A stretch of 64,000 bases of DNA, from assembly GCA_963663275.1 (NCBI GenBank), contig OY760183.1, forward strand, positions 3,328,001 to 3,392,000, written 5' to 3'. Both the position numbers and the translations under genes were made by a program. Source of the stretch: Chloroflexota bacterium (GTDB lineage Bacteria > Chloroflexota > UBA11872 > VXOZ01). The stretch's first letter is position 1; each line of letters opens with the position of its first letter. Below are positions 9,065 through 18,921 of this stretch, in pieces. The notes under the pieces are model-generated. The model saw nothing but the letters and a program-made list of their open reading frames with translations. It did not search any database and was not told the origin of the DNA.

Positions 9065-9254
9065 GGGCTTGTCCCCCGCCTCTTCTCGTCTCCCGCTTCT
9101 TGGTGAAAATGGCAAACACCATCCCAGGCGGAACGCTCAACGCCATCTTTCCCGCTCGCCCATACGCAAGAATCCAGCTTATGCGCCCGCGCTGGTATAC
9201 TGTATGCGCGCTAATCGACGCATACACTCACGCACCTGGGATTGGAGAACGACC

Positions 9255-10421
9255 GTGGACGAGATTCGTATCGGCCTTACCGGACTGGGCGCGCGCGGCC
9301 GCCACTGGTTGAAGATGTTGGACAACTTCAACGGCTATCGCGTCACCGCCATTTGCGACCCCATAACCGAACTTCATGAAATGTCCCTCGAGCCGCTGAA
9401 GGAACCGGAATCCATAGCCGCATACGACCGCTACGAGGACTTTCTCGCCGATTCCAACGTGGACGCCGTGGCCCTGACGGTGCGTTGCAAGGAGCAGGGC
9501 GCGCTGGCGGCGCAGGCGCTGGAGGCCGGCAAGCACGTCAACTCCGAGGTGCCCGCCGCGCACACTATGGAAGACTGCTGGCGCATCGTGCTGGCGGCGG
9601 AACGCAGCGGCAAGATCTACCAGCTTGGCGAGCAGCGCCGCCACGCCGGCGAATTTGCCGCCTGGCGGGAACTGGTGCGGGAAGGGAAGCTGGGCAAGAT
9701 CACTTTCTGCGAGGGACAGTACATCGGCTACAAGGAGCCCGCGCGCTACCACCGCCTGCGCGGCACCGCGCAGACGGTACCGATTGCCGACCTGCCGAAC
9801 CATCCGGACGCCGAACCGTCGTGGATCAACCTCATGCCGCCCATTCACTACCTGCCCCACGAACTCAGCCCGATTCTCATGGTGCTCGACGACCGCGTCA
9901 CGGAAGTCACCGCCATGAGCACGCGCTCACCCAGCTACATCCACGAGGAAATCCAGCAGCCGGACATCCAACTGGCCATCATGAAAACCGCCAAAGACAC
10001 GCTCATGCGCCTGGCCGTGGCCTACACCCAGCCCACGCCGCCGCGCGACAACCACTGGTGCCACATCATGGGTACCAAAGGCTCGGTGGAACTGGCGCGC
10101 TCGCTGCGCGACATGCCCAAGCTCTGGCTGGCCGACGCGCAAATGCACGACCACGCCGAGGTCGATTGGCGTCCGCAACGCACCGACGCGCCGGCCGAGG
10201 CCCGCGGCAGCGGCCACAGCGATACCGACTACTACATCCACGCCACCTTCCGCGACGCGGTGCTCCACGGCAAGCCGCTGGACTTCGACCTCTACAAAGC
10301 CATGGACACCGCCGCGCCGGCCGTGCTGGCTTCCGAATCCATCGCGCAAGGCAGCAAGCTGATGCACGTGCCCGACTTCCGTCCGGGGCCAAACCGGCGC
10401 AAAGGCGAAATGCCCGGGTAG
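9255..10421 (+). CDS. Gfo/Idh/MocA oxidoreductase
   Basis: IRIGLTGLGARG, AGKHVNSEVPAA; GTG after GGAG. Confidence 0.9.
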   Translation: MDEIRIGLTGLGARGRHWLKMLDNFNGYRVTAICDPITELHEMSLEPLKEPESIAAYDRYEDFLADSNVDAVALTVRCKEQGALAAQALEAGKHVNSEVPAAHTMEDCWRIVLAAERSGKIYQLGEQRRHAGEFAAWRELVREGKLGKITFCEGQYIGYKEPARYHRLRGTAQTVPIADLPNHPDAEPSWINLMPPIHYLPHELSPILMVLDDRVTEVTAMSTRSPSYIHEEIQQPDIQLAIMKTAKDTLMRLAVAYTQPTPPRDNHWCHIMGTKGSVELARSLRDMPKLWLADAQMHDHAEVDWRPQRTDAPAEARGSGHSDTDYYIHATFRDAVLHGKPLDFDLYKAMDTAAPAVLASESIAQGSKLMHVPDFRPGPNRRKGEMPG

Positions 10422-10439
10422 AACGGAGAACTGCCGCCT

Positions 10440-11531
10440 ATGAACCGCGCACTGCCGTCATGGGTCACGTATCCTGCGGAAGACTGGATCACGATTTCGC
10501 CGGCTGAGGCGGGCCTGGATCCCCGCCGGTTCGAGGCGTGGCTGCGTACGCTGGGCTTTCACGGCGCTGATTTCGGCGGCGAGGACCACACCCGCAACCG
10601 CTGGGGCACGATGCTCACCCGCGGCGGCTACTGCGTGCATACCTGGGGCGACCCGCACTACCGCTTCCAGACCGCCTCCATGGGCAAGGCGTTCATGTGG
10701 GTGTTGCTTGGCTTTGCAGTGCAGGACGGCCTGCTGGACGTGGATGCGCCCATTCATGAAACCTGGACGGGTGAAGGCGAACTCTCCCATCCCCACAAAT
10801 ACCTCAACCGGGGCCATCACCAGAACCTCACCTGGCGGCACATCATCGGCACGCAGCACGGCCGCACCCACCAGGGCGGCTTTCCCATGGAAATCGGCAG
10901 TCACTATGCCGCGGGACGCGCCGGAAAGACCCAAGCGGAAGCCGACAAGGTGTGTCCGGCCTGGGCAAACTGGACCGGCGACCCGTTCTACGACCTCTAT
11001 TCACACGTTCCGCCCGGCACACAGGAACACTACAGCAGCGCCGGCTTCTGGCGCATGGGACAGGCGCTGACGCACGTCTGGCAACGCGACCTGAAAGAGG
11101 TGCTGGACGAGCGGCTCTTTGGCGCAATCGGCATCGCGCCGGACAACTGGGACTGGTACACCGGCGAGACCGTGCAGTCTCAGCAGTACTTCTACCCCAC
11201 AATCCCCGACTCCTACACCTATCTCGACCCGCCGTACCGCATCGCTGGGAACGTGGTGCGCAGCGGCCCGGGTTGGGCGGTGATGTGCGCCGCCGACATC
11301 GCCCGCTTCGGCCACCTGCTCGCCACCCAGGGCCTCTGGCAAGGCGCGCAACTCATCGCTCCCCAATGGCTGCGCGGCCACGGCGGCGGCAACCGCAGCG
11401 GCGTCAGCGGCGAAAGCGCCCACTTCACCGCCCTCGCCCAAGTCACCACCGAGGGCGTCGACCACGTCCACTCGAGCGCCACCACCAGCTTCATCCCCGC
11501 AGACGTTATCACAGGCCCCGTTCAGGTGTAA
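10440..11531 (+). CDS. Beta-lactamase-like serine hydrolase
   Basis: SMGK (SxxK), PGTQEHYSS, DIARFGHL. Confidence 0.8.
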   Translation: MNRALPSWVTYPAEDWITISPAEAGLDPRRFEAWLRTLGFHGADFGGEDHTRNRWGTMLTRGGYCVHTWGDPHYRFQTASMGKAFMWVLLGFAVQDGLLDVDAPIHETWTGEGELSHPHKYLNRGHHQNLTWRHIIGTQHGRTHQGGFPMEIGSHYAAGRAGKTQAEADKVCPAWANWTGDPFYDLYSHVPPGTQEHYSSAGFWRMGQALTHVWQRDLKEVLDERLFGAIGIAPDNWDWYTGETVQSQQYFYPTIPDSYTYLDPPYRIAGNVVRSGPGWAVMCAADIARFGHLLATQGLWQGAQLIAPQWLRGHGGGNRSGVSGESAHFTALAQVTTEGVDHVHSSATTSFIPADVITGPVQV

Positions 11532-11755
11532 TTTTTCGCCTTGGTGCGGTAATTCACCTTCCGGTAGCGCAGGTTTGTAACCTGCGTCCGCCTCCGGACA
11601 CAATAGGCTAGCAGTGTTGACTTTAACCATGCAGCACAAACGGCAACAGCGGTAGCGCGCCGGGCTGCTGCAGTGTGCAAATCGACGGCGTCGGCTTCAG
11701 CACGACGCTTGTATTCGCGGTTTATGGGTCTTAGCCCCTAAGAAGAGGGTAGAAC

Positions 11756-12610
11756 TTAGACCAGTTCATTTTGCGCAGACAAAACGAACGCGTCCTGATC
11801 CGCGCGCATGCGCAGGTGCGATACGGGAGATTCCTCGGTCAGAAACCCTGCCGTGCCGCCGTGCTTTGCCAGTTCTGATGAGAATTGCCCGGCCAATCCC
11901 GGACCCATCTGTGTACCCACGCTATGGCCAAAGTCGACCGTGACACATTGATCAATGCCAAAGTGACTTATCCCACTGAGTTTGGGAAACCAGTGACCCA
12001 TAGGAGCAAACCATCCGTGGCACTCCTTGTCATGGTGGCTGTTGCCGCACCAGACGAGGAGTTTCGTATCCGGCGGCAATGCGTCTAGAGCGTTGCATAG
12101 GTTGCGCGCCTGCTGCTCTTCGCGCCAGTTAACACTCTCCATCGCAGCGTCGCTAAGGGTAGGCGTTTCCTGCTCTCTTTCCGATTCGATGCTCTTCGCT
12201 CTTCGGAGTTTAGCGGGTTGGGCATCAAAGTCAGCTTCGTACGGCACTAGAGTCCAACCGAGGTCGAGCGCCGCTTGGATGAACAACCGCATCTCCGGTT
12301 GGGCCAGATACCCTTCTTCAGGCATGGCCGGCACCTGTCGCGTACGATTCGCCTCAGCGGCAAACGAGTAGGGCCACAACGCCTCCTTGGCCAAGTGGCG
12401 CACACCGGCCTCATGGGCAGCGGGCAGGATGCGCCGACCGATCTCCCGCGTGCGGATGCACCGCTTCAAGTCGTTGTGGGCCTCATTCATCATCACGACG
12501 GTAGAGCGCTGAAAGCCGATTGCGACAAGTTCCTCCGGCGTGCGCCAGACCGATGTAGCTTCCATACTTTGCTTCAGACCCCCGAATTCATTGGCGTACA
12601 GGTATTTCAA
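11756..12610 (-). CDS. Hypothetical protein, possibly EreA/ChaN-like fold
   Basis: VVMMNEAH, HLAKEAL, REEQQARNL, LVWCGNSH; lower GC; start uncertain. Confidence 0.65.
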   Translation of the reverse strand: MKYLYANEFGGLKQSMEATSVWRTPEELVAIGFQRSTVVMMNEAHNDLKRCIRTREIGRRILPAAHEAGVRHLAKEALWPYSFAAEANRTRQVPAMPEEGYLAQPEMRLFIQAALDLGWTLVPYEADFDAQPAKLRRAKSIESEREQETPTLSDAAMESVNWREEQQARNLCNALDALPPDTKLLVWCGNSHHDKECHGWFAPMGHWFPKLSGISHFGIDQCVTVDFGHSVGTQMGPGLAGQFSSELAKHGGTAGFLTEESPVSHLRMRADQDAFVLSAQNELV

Positions 12611-12722
12611 GTCAATTGAGACACGGATAGAGACTCGCCGACCCTGGCGCGGGATGACTATTCAACGATGCTCTTCACGCCGGTTGCAAGCCGGCGTATT
12701 GCACGAAAACTATTGGCTCCAC

Positions 12723-14279
12723 TCAGAACTCCAGGAGGCGGTCGCACACGGGGAATACTACCTCAACGTCATCGCGCGCAAGCTCTTCTGCGAAGAACTT
12801 GGGACTTTCGGTGTGGATGGGCACGAGCCGCCGGGGGCGGATTTGGCGGATTATGTCGAGTAATTCGGCGCGGCTGGCGTGGCCGGAGGCGTGTAGGGGG
12901 CCGTCGAGCGTTTCGCCGAGGCCGTGGATTTCTACGTCGAAGTGTTCCAGCCAGTTGCGCAGCCGGTTTTGATCGATTTGCATCTCCTCGTCGAACGCCT
13001 CGCTGCTGGAGTAGACGTAGACCGCCGGCAGCGGCGCGAGGCTGGCCAACTCGTTGATGTCCCAGAACGAAAAGCAGAGGATGAAGTCGCCGGGATTGCG
13101 CCGCACGTCGTCGGCATGAACGAGCAAGGCGGGGTGGCGCTCCACCAGCTTCTTTTCCCAGCCGTAGAGCCGCGCGCGGCCTTTCTGGTAGAGCGCGAAA
13201 CCGGGCGCCGCGCCGAAGTCGGGCACTTCGTCCGGCGCGGCGTAGCGCATCGCCTCCAGCAAGTAGGCGTCTTTGTTCAGCACGGCCAGGCGGCGGCCGG
13301 TCTCTCGCGCGATTTGGTGGAAGATGAGCAGCCGCTCCACGTTGCGCGGGCCGAAGTCGGCAAAGACCAGCTTGCCAGAGGCCCGCCGGACAATGTCCGC
13401 CGCCGTCGCGTGCACGTCGTGTTCCGTCCGGGGTGAACTGTCCCTGCCCGCGCTGGTGCCTTCACAGAGCAAGACCGTGGGCTTCAGCGCGGCAATCTGC
13501 GCCACAGCCTGCCGCGTTCGGTCCCCATGCGTGCCGTGCAGGCGAAAATCGCCGGTATACGCCACCCAACCGGCGGTGGTTTCCACGGCAAACGCCGCCG
13601 CGCCGTAGATGGAGTGATCGACCGGGTACCAGCGGAGCTTGCTACCCGCGCCAATCGTCCCGCCGGCCGCCTCTATAGGAGAAACTTCCATACTGCGCGT
13701 CGATTGCGGCGATTCGTGCCAGAACCGCTCCGCCTCCAGCGAGAGAGGCCCGTTCAGCACGCGCAAAGGCCGCTGCTGCAACGGCGCGCCGCGCACGGTC
13801 TGCAACACACCGTCTTTGCTTTCGCGCGGCACGGCGTACACGAGCTCGCGCTCCACGTCGCTCGGGGCGCTATCCTGGATCGCTTTGGAAATCAGGGCGG
13901 TCAGCGCCGTGGTGTAGAGCGGTATGTCCGGGCGCAGGAACGAGACCGAACCGGTGTGGTCTACGTGGGCGTGGCTTAGCAGCACGCCGTCAACATGGTC
14001 AAGTGTGCGATACAGGTCTTTGGACTTCCAGCGATCCCAAAAATCCGCCTCCGGCTCCAGGTCGGGCCGGTAGAGGCCGTGCAGCGGCGGCAACATGCCG
14101 GTCTGGAAGAAGTCGTTCAGGCCGTAGCCGGCCCGCGGATTGAGAAACTCCGCGAAATAGCGGCTCCGCACCTTGAAGGAGATGCCGAAATCGAAGAAGA
14201 GGCGGGTCGCGCCGTCCACGAGCAGGATCTTGTTGCCGCCAATCTCGTTGTTGCCGCCGTAGAAGCGCAGTTCAGGCAT
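12723..14279 (-). CDS. MBL-fold beta-CASP hydrolase (RNase J-like)
   Basis: EIGGN, SHAHVDH, YTGDFRLHG, HASGHA, PIHTE. Confidence 0.88.
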   Translation of the reverse strand: MPELRFYGGNNEIGGNKILLVDGATRLFFDFGISFKVRSRYFAEFLNPRAGYGLNDFFQTGMLPPLHGLYRPDLEPEADFWDRWKSKDLYRTLDHVDGVLLSHAHVDHTGSVSFLRPDIPLYTTALTALISKAIQDSAPSDVERELVYAVPRESKDGVLQTVRGAPLQQRPLRVLNGPLSLEAERFWHESPQSTRSMEVSPIEAAGGTIGAGSKLRWYPVDHSIYGAAAFAVETTAGWVAYTGDFRLHGTHGDRTRQAVAQIAALKPTVLLCEGTSAGRDSSPRTEHDVHATAADIVRRASGKLVFADFGPRNVERLLIFHQIARETGRRLAVLNKDAYLLEAMRYAAPDEVPDFGAAPGFALYQKGRARLYGWEKKLVERHPALLVHADDVRRNPGDFILCFSFWDINELASLAPLPAVYVYSSSEAFDEEMQIDQNRLRNWLEHFDVEIHGLGETLDGPLHASGHASRAELLDIIRQIRPRRLVPIHTESPKFFAEELARDDVEVVFPVCDRLLEF

Positions 14280-14328
14280 GGAAGCATCCTATCCGCGGTA
14301 CCGTTTCATGCAACTGTCGCAAATAGAC

Positions 14329-14354
14329 GTAGGGGCGGTTCGCGAACCGCCCTA
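14329..14354 (+). repeat. Family D REP GTAGGGGCGGTTCGCGAACCGCCC
   Basis: GTAG plus palindrome; copies at 14835-14862 and a partial near 14896. Confidence 0.85.
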
Positions 14355-14482
14355 AGTGATGGCTGTCCGCCTTACAACTCTTAGCCCTGCACTCACCAAG
14401 GAGATCTCTGCGAAGCACGGCAAAAACAGTTGGAGCCGGGATTGACCGGCGCCGGTTTCCCCCTCACCCCGGCCCTCTCCCC

Positions 14483-14770
14483 TGTACAGCCCGGGGACAT
14501 GGGTAACACATTTTCGGACACACAAGTCACGCCATCGACCTAGAGAGTTATCGTGGTATGCATTTCCCATGCCTTGACAGGTATGTCTACTCAATATCTT
14601 GTGTAGACATATTCTGCCCCTGGCACCAGCTAACAAGCTGGACATGACCGCGTTGTGTTGCCTGGAACGGTCAGCATCCCGGCCCAAGCCGGAGCACCAG
14701 TAGGTGTCAATACGCTAAATGTGTAACCCATCTTCCCAGAAAACTGTTACCCATGTCCCCGGACTCTACA
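14483..14770. mobile_element. 288-bp IS481-like MITE or deletion derivative inside a family E repeat
   Basis: TGTA...TACA ends, IR CCGGGGACATGGGTAACA, reiterated subterminal site at right end, flanks CTCCCC/CTCCCA. Confidence 0.8.
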
Positions 14771-14937
14771 CTCCCAGGGAGAGGGGGTCTTCTCGCCTGC
14801 CGGTCCGGGGTATGGAGCGGTCTTCTAACGAAACGTAGGGGCGGTTCGCGAACCGCCCCTACCGTGTTGCAGAGCTATTGTCGGCGATACCACACGCGAA
14901 CCGCCCCTACCGTGTTGCAGATCTATTGCCGGCGTTA

Positions 14938-17049
14938 CTAGATGAACAACGGCGCCAGCACCAGCGTAATCGTGGAGAAGAGCTTGATGAGCACGTGCAG
15001 CGACGGCCCGGCGGTATCCTTCAGCGGGTCGCCCACCGTATCGCCCACCACCGCCGCGTGGTGCGCCACCGTATTCTTGCCGATCGCGTTGCCGTCGGCG
15101 TCCTTCAGATGGCCCGCCTCGATGAACTTCTTGGCGTTATCCCACGCGCCGCCGCCGTTGTTGAGGATGGTTGCCAGGATGATGCCGGACATGGTGCCCA
15201 CCATCAGGAAGGCCGCTTCCGCCTCCCAGCGTAGCGCCACGCCCACGACGATCGGCGCGGCAACCGCCAGCACACCGGGCAGGATCATCTCGCGCAGCGC
15301 CGACTGCGTCGTAATGTCCACGCAGCGGGCATAATCGGGCCGCACCGTGCCCTCCATAATGCCGGGATTCTCGTCGAACTGGCGGCGCACCTCCTCGATG
15401 ATGTCGCTGGCCGCGCGCCCCACGGCGCGGATCGCCAGCGCGCTGAAGAGGAAGACCACCATCGCCCCGATGAACCCGCCGATGAAGACCTCCACCTTCA
15501 CCAGGTCCACCTGGATCGCCTCATGGGGCAGGTCCAACTTGTGGCGCACCTCATCCAGAAAAGCCTGGAAGAGCAGGAAGGCCGCCAGACCGGCCGAGCC
15601 GATGGCGTAGCCCTTGGTGAGCGCCTTGGTGGTGTTGCCGACCGAGTCCAGTTGGTCCGTAATCACGCGCGCCTCTTCCGGCGCGTCCGACATCTCGGTG
15701 ATGCCGCCGGCGTTGTCGGTAATGGGCCCGAAGGTATCCATCGAGAGCACGTAGGCCGCGCTCATGAGCATACCCATAGTCGCCACCGCGGTCGCGTAGA
15801 TGCCTTTCACCGCCGCGCTCACGCCTTCTACTTCCGCCAGCGTGCCCAGCCAGAAGGAGAGTCCCAGCGCCGCGGCAATCGCCAGCACCGACGTGGCGGT
15901 GGTTTCGAGACCGATCGCAAAGCCGCTGATGATGTTCGTGGCCGGGCCCGTGCGGGAAGCCTCCGCGATTTCCTTCACCGGACGCCAACTGCCGGAGGTG
16001 TAGTATTGCGTTATGTACACGAACGCCAGGCTGGTCAGAATGCCGACGGTGCCCGCCCAGAAGAACATCAGGTCTTCCAGCAGGTAGTAGACCGAGACGA
16101 ACATGAAAATAATCGAGAGCACGGTAATGACGTAGTAGCCCTTATTAAGGGCGTTCATGGGATTGTCCGGATTCGCGCCGCGCGCCAGCATGACGCCGAC
16201 GACCGAGGCCACCAGCCCAAAGGCGCGCACGATGAGCGGAAAGAGCACCCACGCCAGGTTGTTCGTCGCCACCGCCAGGCTCGCGCCCAGAATCATCGCG
16301 CCAATGTTCTCGGCGGCCGTAGATTCGAAGAGGTCGGCGCCGCGGCCGGCGCAATCGCCTACGTTGTCGCCCACCAGGTCGGCCACCACCGCCGCGTTGC
16401 GCGGGTCGTCTTCCGGTATGCCCTGCTCCACCTTGCCGACCAGGTCCGCGCCCACGTCGGCGGCTTTGGTGTAGATGCCGCCGCCAAGCTGGGCAAAGAG
16501 CGCCACGAAACTGGCGCCAAAGCCGAAGCCCACGATGCTGCTTACAACCGAAAGGGAGTTCTCCGGCGTGAGGTTGTTGCCGCCGTAGATCAGCAGCATC
16601 GCGCCGACGCCGATCAGGCTCAGCGCCACCACCAGGAAGCCGGACACCGCGCCGCCGCGCAGCGAGACTTTCAACGCCTCTTCCAGGCTGGAGCGCGCGG
16701 CGCTGGCCGCGCGGCCGTTCGACTGCACCGCGATGTGCATGCCGACGAAGCCGGAGATGCCGGAACACACCGCGCCCACCAGGAAAGCGATCGCGGTCTT
16801 GATGCCGAGTTCGGTATCGGACGCGAAGTAGCCGATGATCGCGCCAATCACGATTGCCGCCACGATCGCCAGCACGGCGATGGTGCGGTACTGCCGGTTG
16901 AGAAAGGCGGTTGCGCCCTCGAAAATCGTGCCCGCGATCTCCTGCATCTGCTGCGTGCCGCGGTCGCGGCGCAACACGTCGTACGCGAGCCAGATCGCGA
17001 ATATCACAGAAATGAGGCAGGCTATCGGCACTGCCCAGACAAGTTCCAC
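14938..17049 (-). CDS. hppA: Membrane-bound pyrophosphatase, K+-independent H+-pumping type
   Basis: GGIYTKAADVGADLVGK, DNVGD, GNTTKA (Lys variant); GTG after AGGAGG. Confidence 0.95.
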   Translation of the reverse strand: MELVWAVPIACLISVIFAIWLAYDVLRRDRGTQQMQEIAGTIFEGATAFLNRQYRTIAVLAIVAAIVIGAIIGYFASDTELGIKTAIAFLVGAVCSGISGFVGMHIAVQSNGRAASAARSSLEEALKVSLRGGAVSGFLVVALSLIGVGAMLLIYGGNNLTPENSLSVVSSIVGFGFGASFVALFAQLGGGIYTKAADVGADLVGKVEQGIPEDDPRNAAVVADLVGDNVGDCAGRGADLFESTAAENIGAMILGASLAVATNNLAWVLFPLIVRAFGLVASVVGVMLARGANPDNPMNALNKGYYVITVLSIIFMFVSVYYLLEDLMFFWAGTVGILTSLAFVYITQYYTSGSWRPVKEIAEASRTGPATNIISGFAIGLETTATSVLAIAAALGLSFWLGTLAEVEGVSAAVKGIYATAVATMGMLMSAAYVLSMDTFGPITDNAGGITEMSDAPEEARVITDQLDSVGNTTKALTKGYAIGSAGLAAFLLFQAFLDEVRHKLDLPHEAIQVDLVKVEVFIGGFIGAMVVFLFSALAIRAVGRAASDIIEEVRRQFDENPGIMEGTVRPDYARCVDITTQSALREMILPGVLAVAAPIVVGVALRWEAEAAFLMVGTMSGIILATILNNGGGAWDNAKKFIEAGHLKDADGNAIGKNTVAHHAAVVGDTVGDPLKDTAGPSLHVLIKLFSTITLVLAPLFI

Positions 17050-17050
17050 G

Positions 17051-18133
17051 TTACTGTGTACCTCCTGTCGTTGGCACGACACTGTGCTCCAACACCGCTC
17101 TCAGGGCGCTGAAGAATACTTCCATCTCTTCTTCGGTTCCAATCGTAATGCGCAGGTACCGCTCCAAACCGTGCTGCCGGAAGTAGCGCACCAGCACCTT
17201 TTGGGCTTTCAATGCCTCGAACACGTCCGCCGCCGCGTGCCGCGTCGGCTCCACAAAGAGGAAATTCGCATCGGAAGGGTAGACTTTGCAGGGGAAATCC
17301 CGCGCCAGCCGGGCGGCAACGCGCTTGCGGCGCGCGCCGATCTCCTGGCAGACCGTCCGCATCCATTCATAGTCGTCCAGCGTCGCCAGGGCTATCGCTT
17401 GGCTGGGACGGCTGACGCTGTACGAATCGCGCAACTTCCACATGGGTTCCAGGAGTTCGGGCCTTCCGAATGCATACCCGACGCGGACGCCGGCCAGTCC
17501 AAACGACTTGGACATGCTGCGCGAGACGATGATGTTGTCATACTGCCGCACCAGGGGCAAGGCGGAGGCCGAGGCAAAGTCCACGTAGGCTTCGTCCACA
17601 ACCACCAAGCCCGCGCACTGCTGCGCCAGACGCTCGATCTCCTCAGGCGGGGTGAACGTGCCGGTTGGCGAATTCGGATTCGAGATTGCCGTCAGCGTGG
17701 CCCCCACCGCCGCCAGTTCGTCGATGGGCACGGCAAAGTCGGGGCCCGGCTCCACCGTGACAATCTCGGCGTCCTGCATGTGCGCCCACACTTCGTAATA
17801 CGGATAGGTGGGGAAGGTGTAGGCTACGGTCTGTCCCCGGTCTACGTAGCCGCGAAAGACGAGGTTCAGAATCTGGTCGGAGCCGTTATCCAAGTAAATC
17901 CAATCGACGTCGATTTCGTAGATTTCGGATAGCTTTTGGCGCAAGTCCCGCGCCAGGGGATCGGGATACCGCGAAAGCGACTGGCTCGCCTGCCCTTCCA
18001 GCGCCGCCAGCGCCTTGGGCGAGGTGTAGGGATTCTCGTTCGTGTTGAGCTTGGTCCAGCCCGTACCCTGCGGCTGCTCGCCGGGCACGTACGGCGACAT
18101 ATCCTGGACGGCTTTGCGTGGAGTGGGAATCAC
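17051..18133 (-). CDS. hisC: Histidinol-phosphate aminotransferase
   Basis: YVPGEQP, KLNTNENPY, NPNSPTG, DEAY, SMSKSFGLAGVRVG. Confidence 0.93.
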   Translation of the reverse strand: MIPTPRKAVQDMSPYVPGEQPQGTGWTKLNTNENPYTSPKALAALEGQASQSLSRYPDPLARDLRQKLSEIYEIDVDWIYLDNGSDQILNLVFRGYVDRGQTVAYTFPTYPYYEVWAHMQDAEIVTVEPGPDFAVPIDELAAVGATLTAISNPNSPTGTFTPPEEIERLAQQCAGLVVVDEAYVDFASASALPLVRQYDNIIVSRSMSKSFGLAGVRVGYAFGRPELLEPMWKLRDSYSVSRPSQAIALATLDDYEWMRTVCQEIGARRKRVAARLARDFPCKVYPSDANFLFVEPTRHAAADVFEALKAQKVLVRYFRQHGLERYLRITIGTEEEMEVFFSALRAVLEHSVVPTTGGTQ

Positions 18134-18461
18134 GTGACGTATCGCCTCTCGAAGAACCTATGGCGCCGGCCTTGTGGGCAATTCCGGCCCTGCCGCCGCT
18201 TGACGCGCAACCGGCAGGCTTGACACATAGACAAAGTGAACCAAGACCGCGCACTGGCAACTGAGGCATTATAGCGAACATTGTGAATAATGTCACGTGG
18301 GGTAGCCGTAGGCCGCGGGCGCGCTCGCGGCGTGATGCTCAGGGGAGACCTGTGCGAAACCTCGCTGAGTGGCGAAGTGTCTCCTCTCCCTGGGGAGACC
18401 TTTGCGTAACCGGGGAGGGAACAGACGAAGCTCAGCACGCGCCTCTTATCCCCTCTCCTGG

Positions 18462-18621
18462 GCTGACAGGGGTAGGCATTCTACATCCGACTTCACGTGT
18501 CATTCCGAGCGGAGCGCAGCGGAGAGTCGCTAAGAGCGCGGAATCTAAGGCTTTCGCTGCAAAAACGTCGGTTCTAGATTCCTCGCTCCGCTCGGAATGA
18601 CACTTGCCTACCCCTGTCAGC
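18462..18621. mobile_element. 160-bp MITE inserted in a family E repeat and carrying family F REPs
   Basis: TIR GCTGACAGGGGTAGGCA/TGCCTACCCCTGTCAGC; 9-bp TSD CTCTCCTGG. Confidence 0.85.
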
Positions 18622-18859
18622 CTCTCCTGGGGGAGAGGGTTAGGGTGAGGGGGACTGTGCGGCGAATCGTGCCCAAGGCTTGCCCAATTGGCCGGATCCA
18701 ACGAGGATTCCCCCTCACCCCGGCCCTCTCCCCAGGGAGAGGGTGTCTATTTGCACGTCTTCTCCACAGGGAGCGGGAGTCTTCTCGCCTACCGGCCGGG
18801 GTTGTGCCTACGTCCCCTGTGTGCGTAAGTTCCCTCGTGTGCACACATTTTCCTTAACT

Positions 18860-18899
18860 AAGAGAAGCGGAGCGCCCCGTGAAGGGAACTCCGCTTCTT
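18860..18899 (-). terminator. Hairpin after the SBP gene
   Basis: AGAAGCGGAG...CTCCGCTTCT. Confidence 0.6.
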
Positions 18900-18921
18900 A
18901 TGTCCGTTGAGGACAAGCGGA

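Noticed and set aside
18282-18290. DnaA box TTATTCACA in the hisC promoter spacer
   Set aside because: Single 9-mer with no cluster; could be chance.
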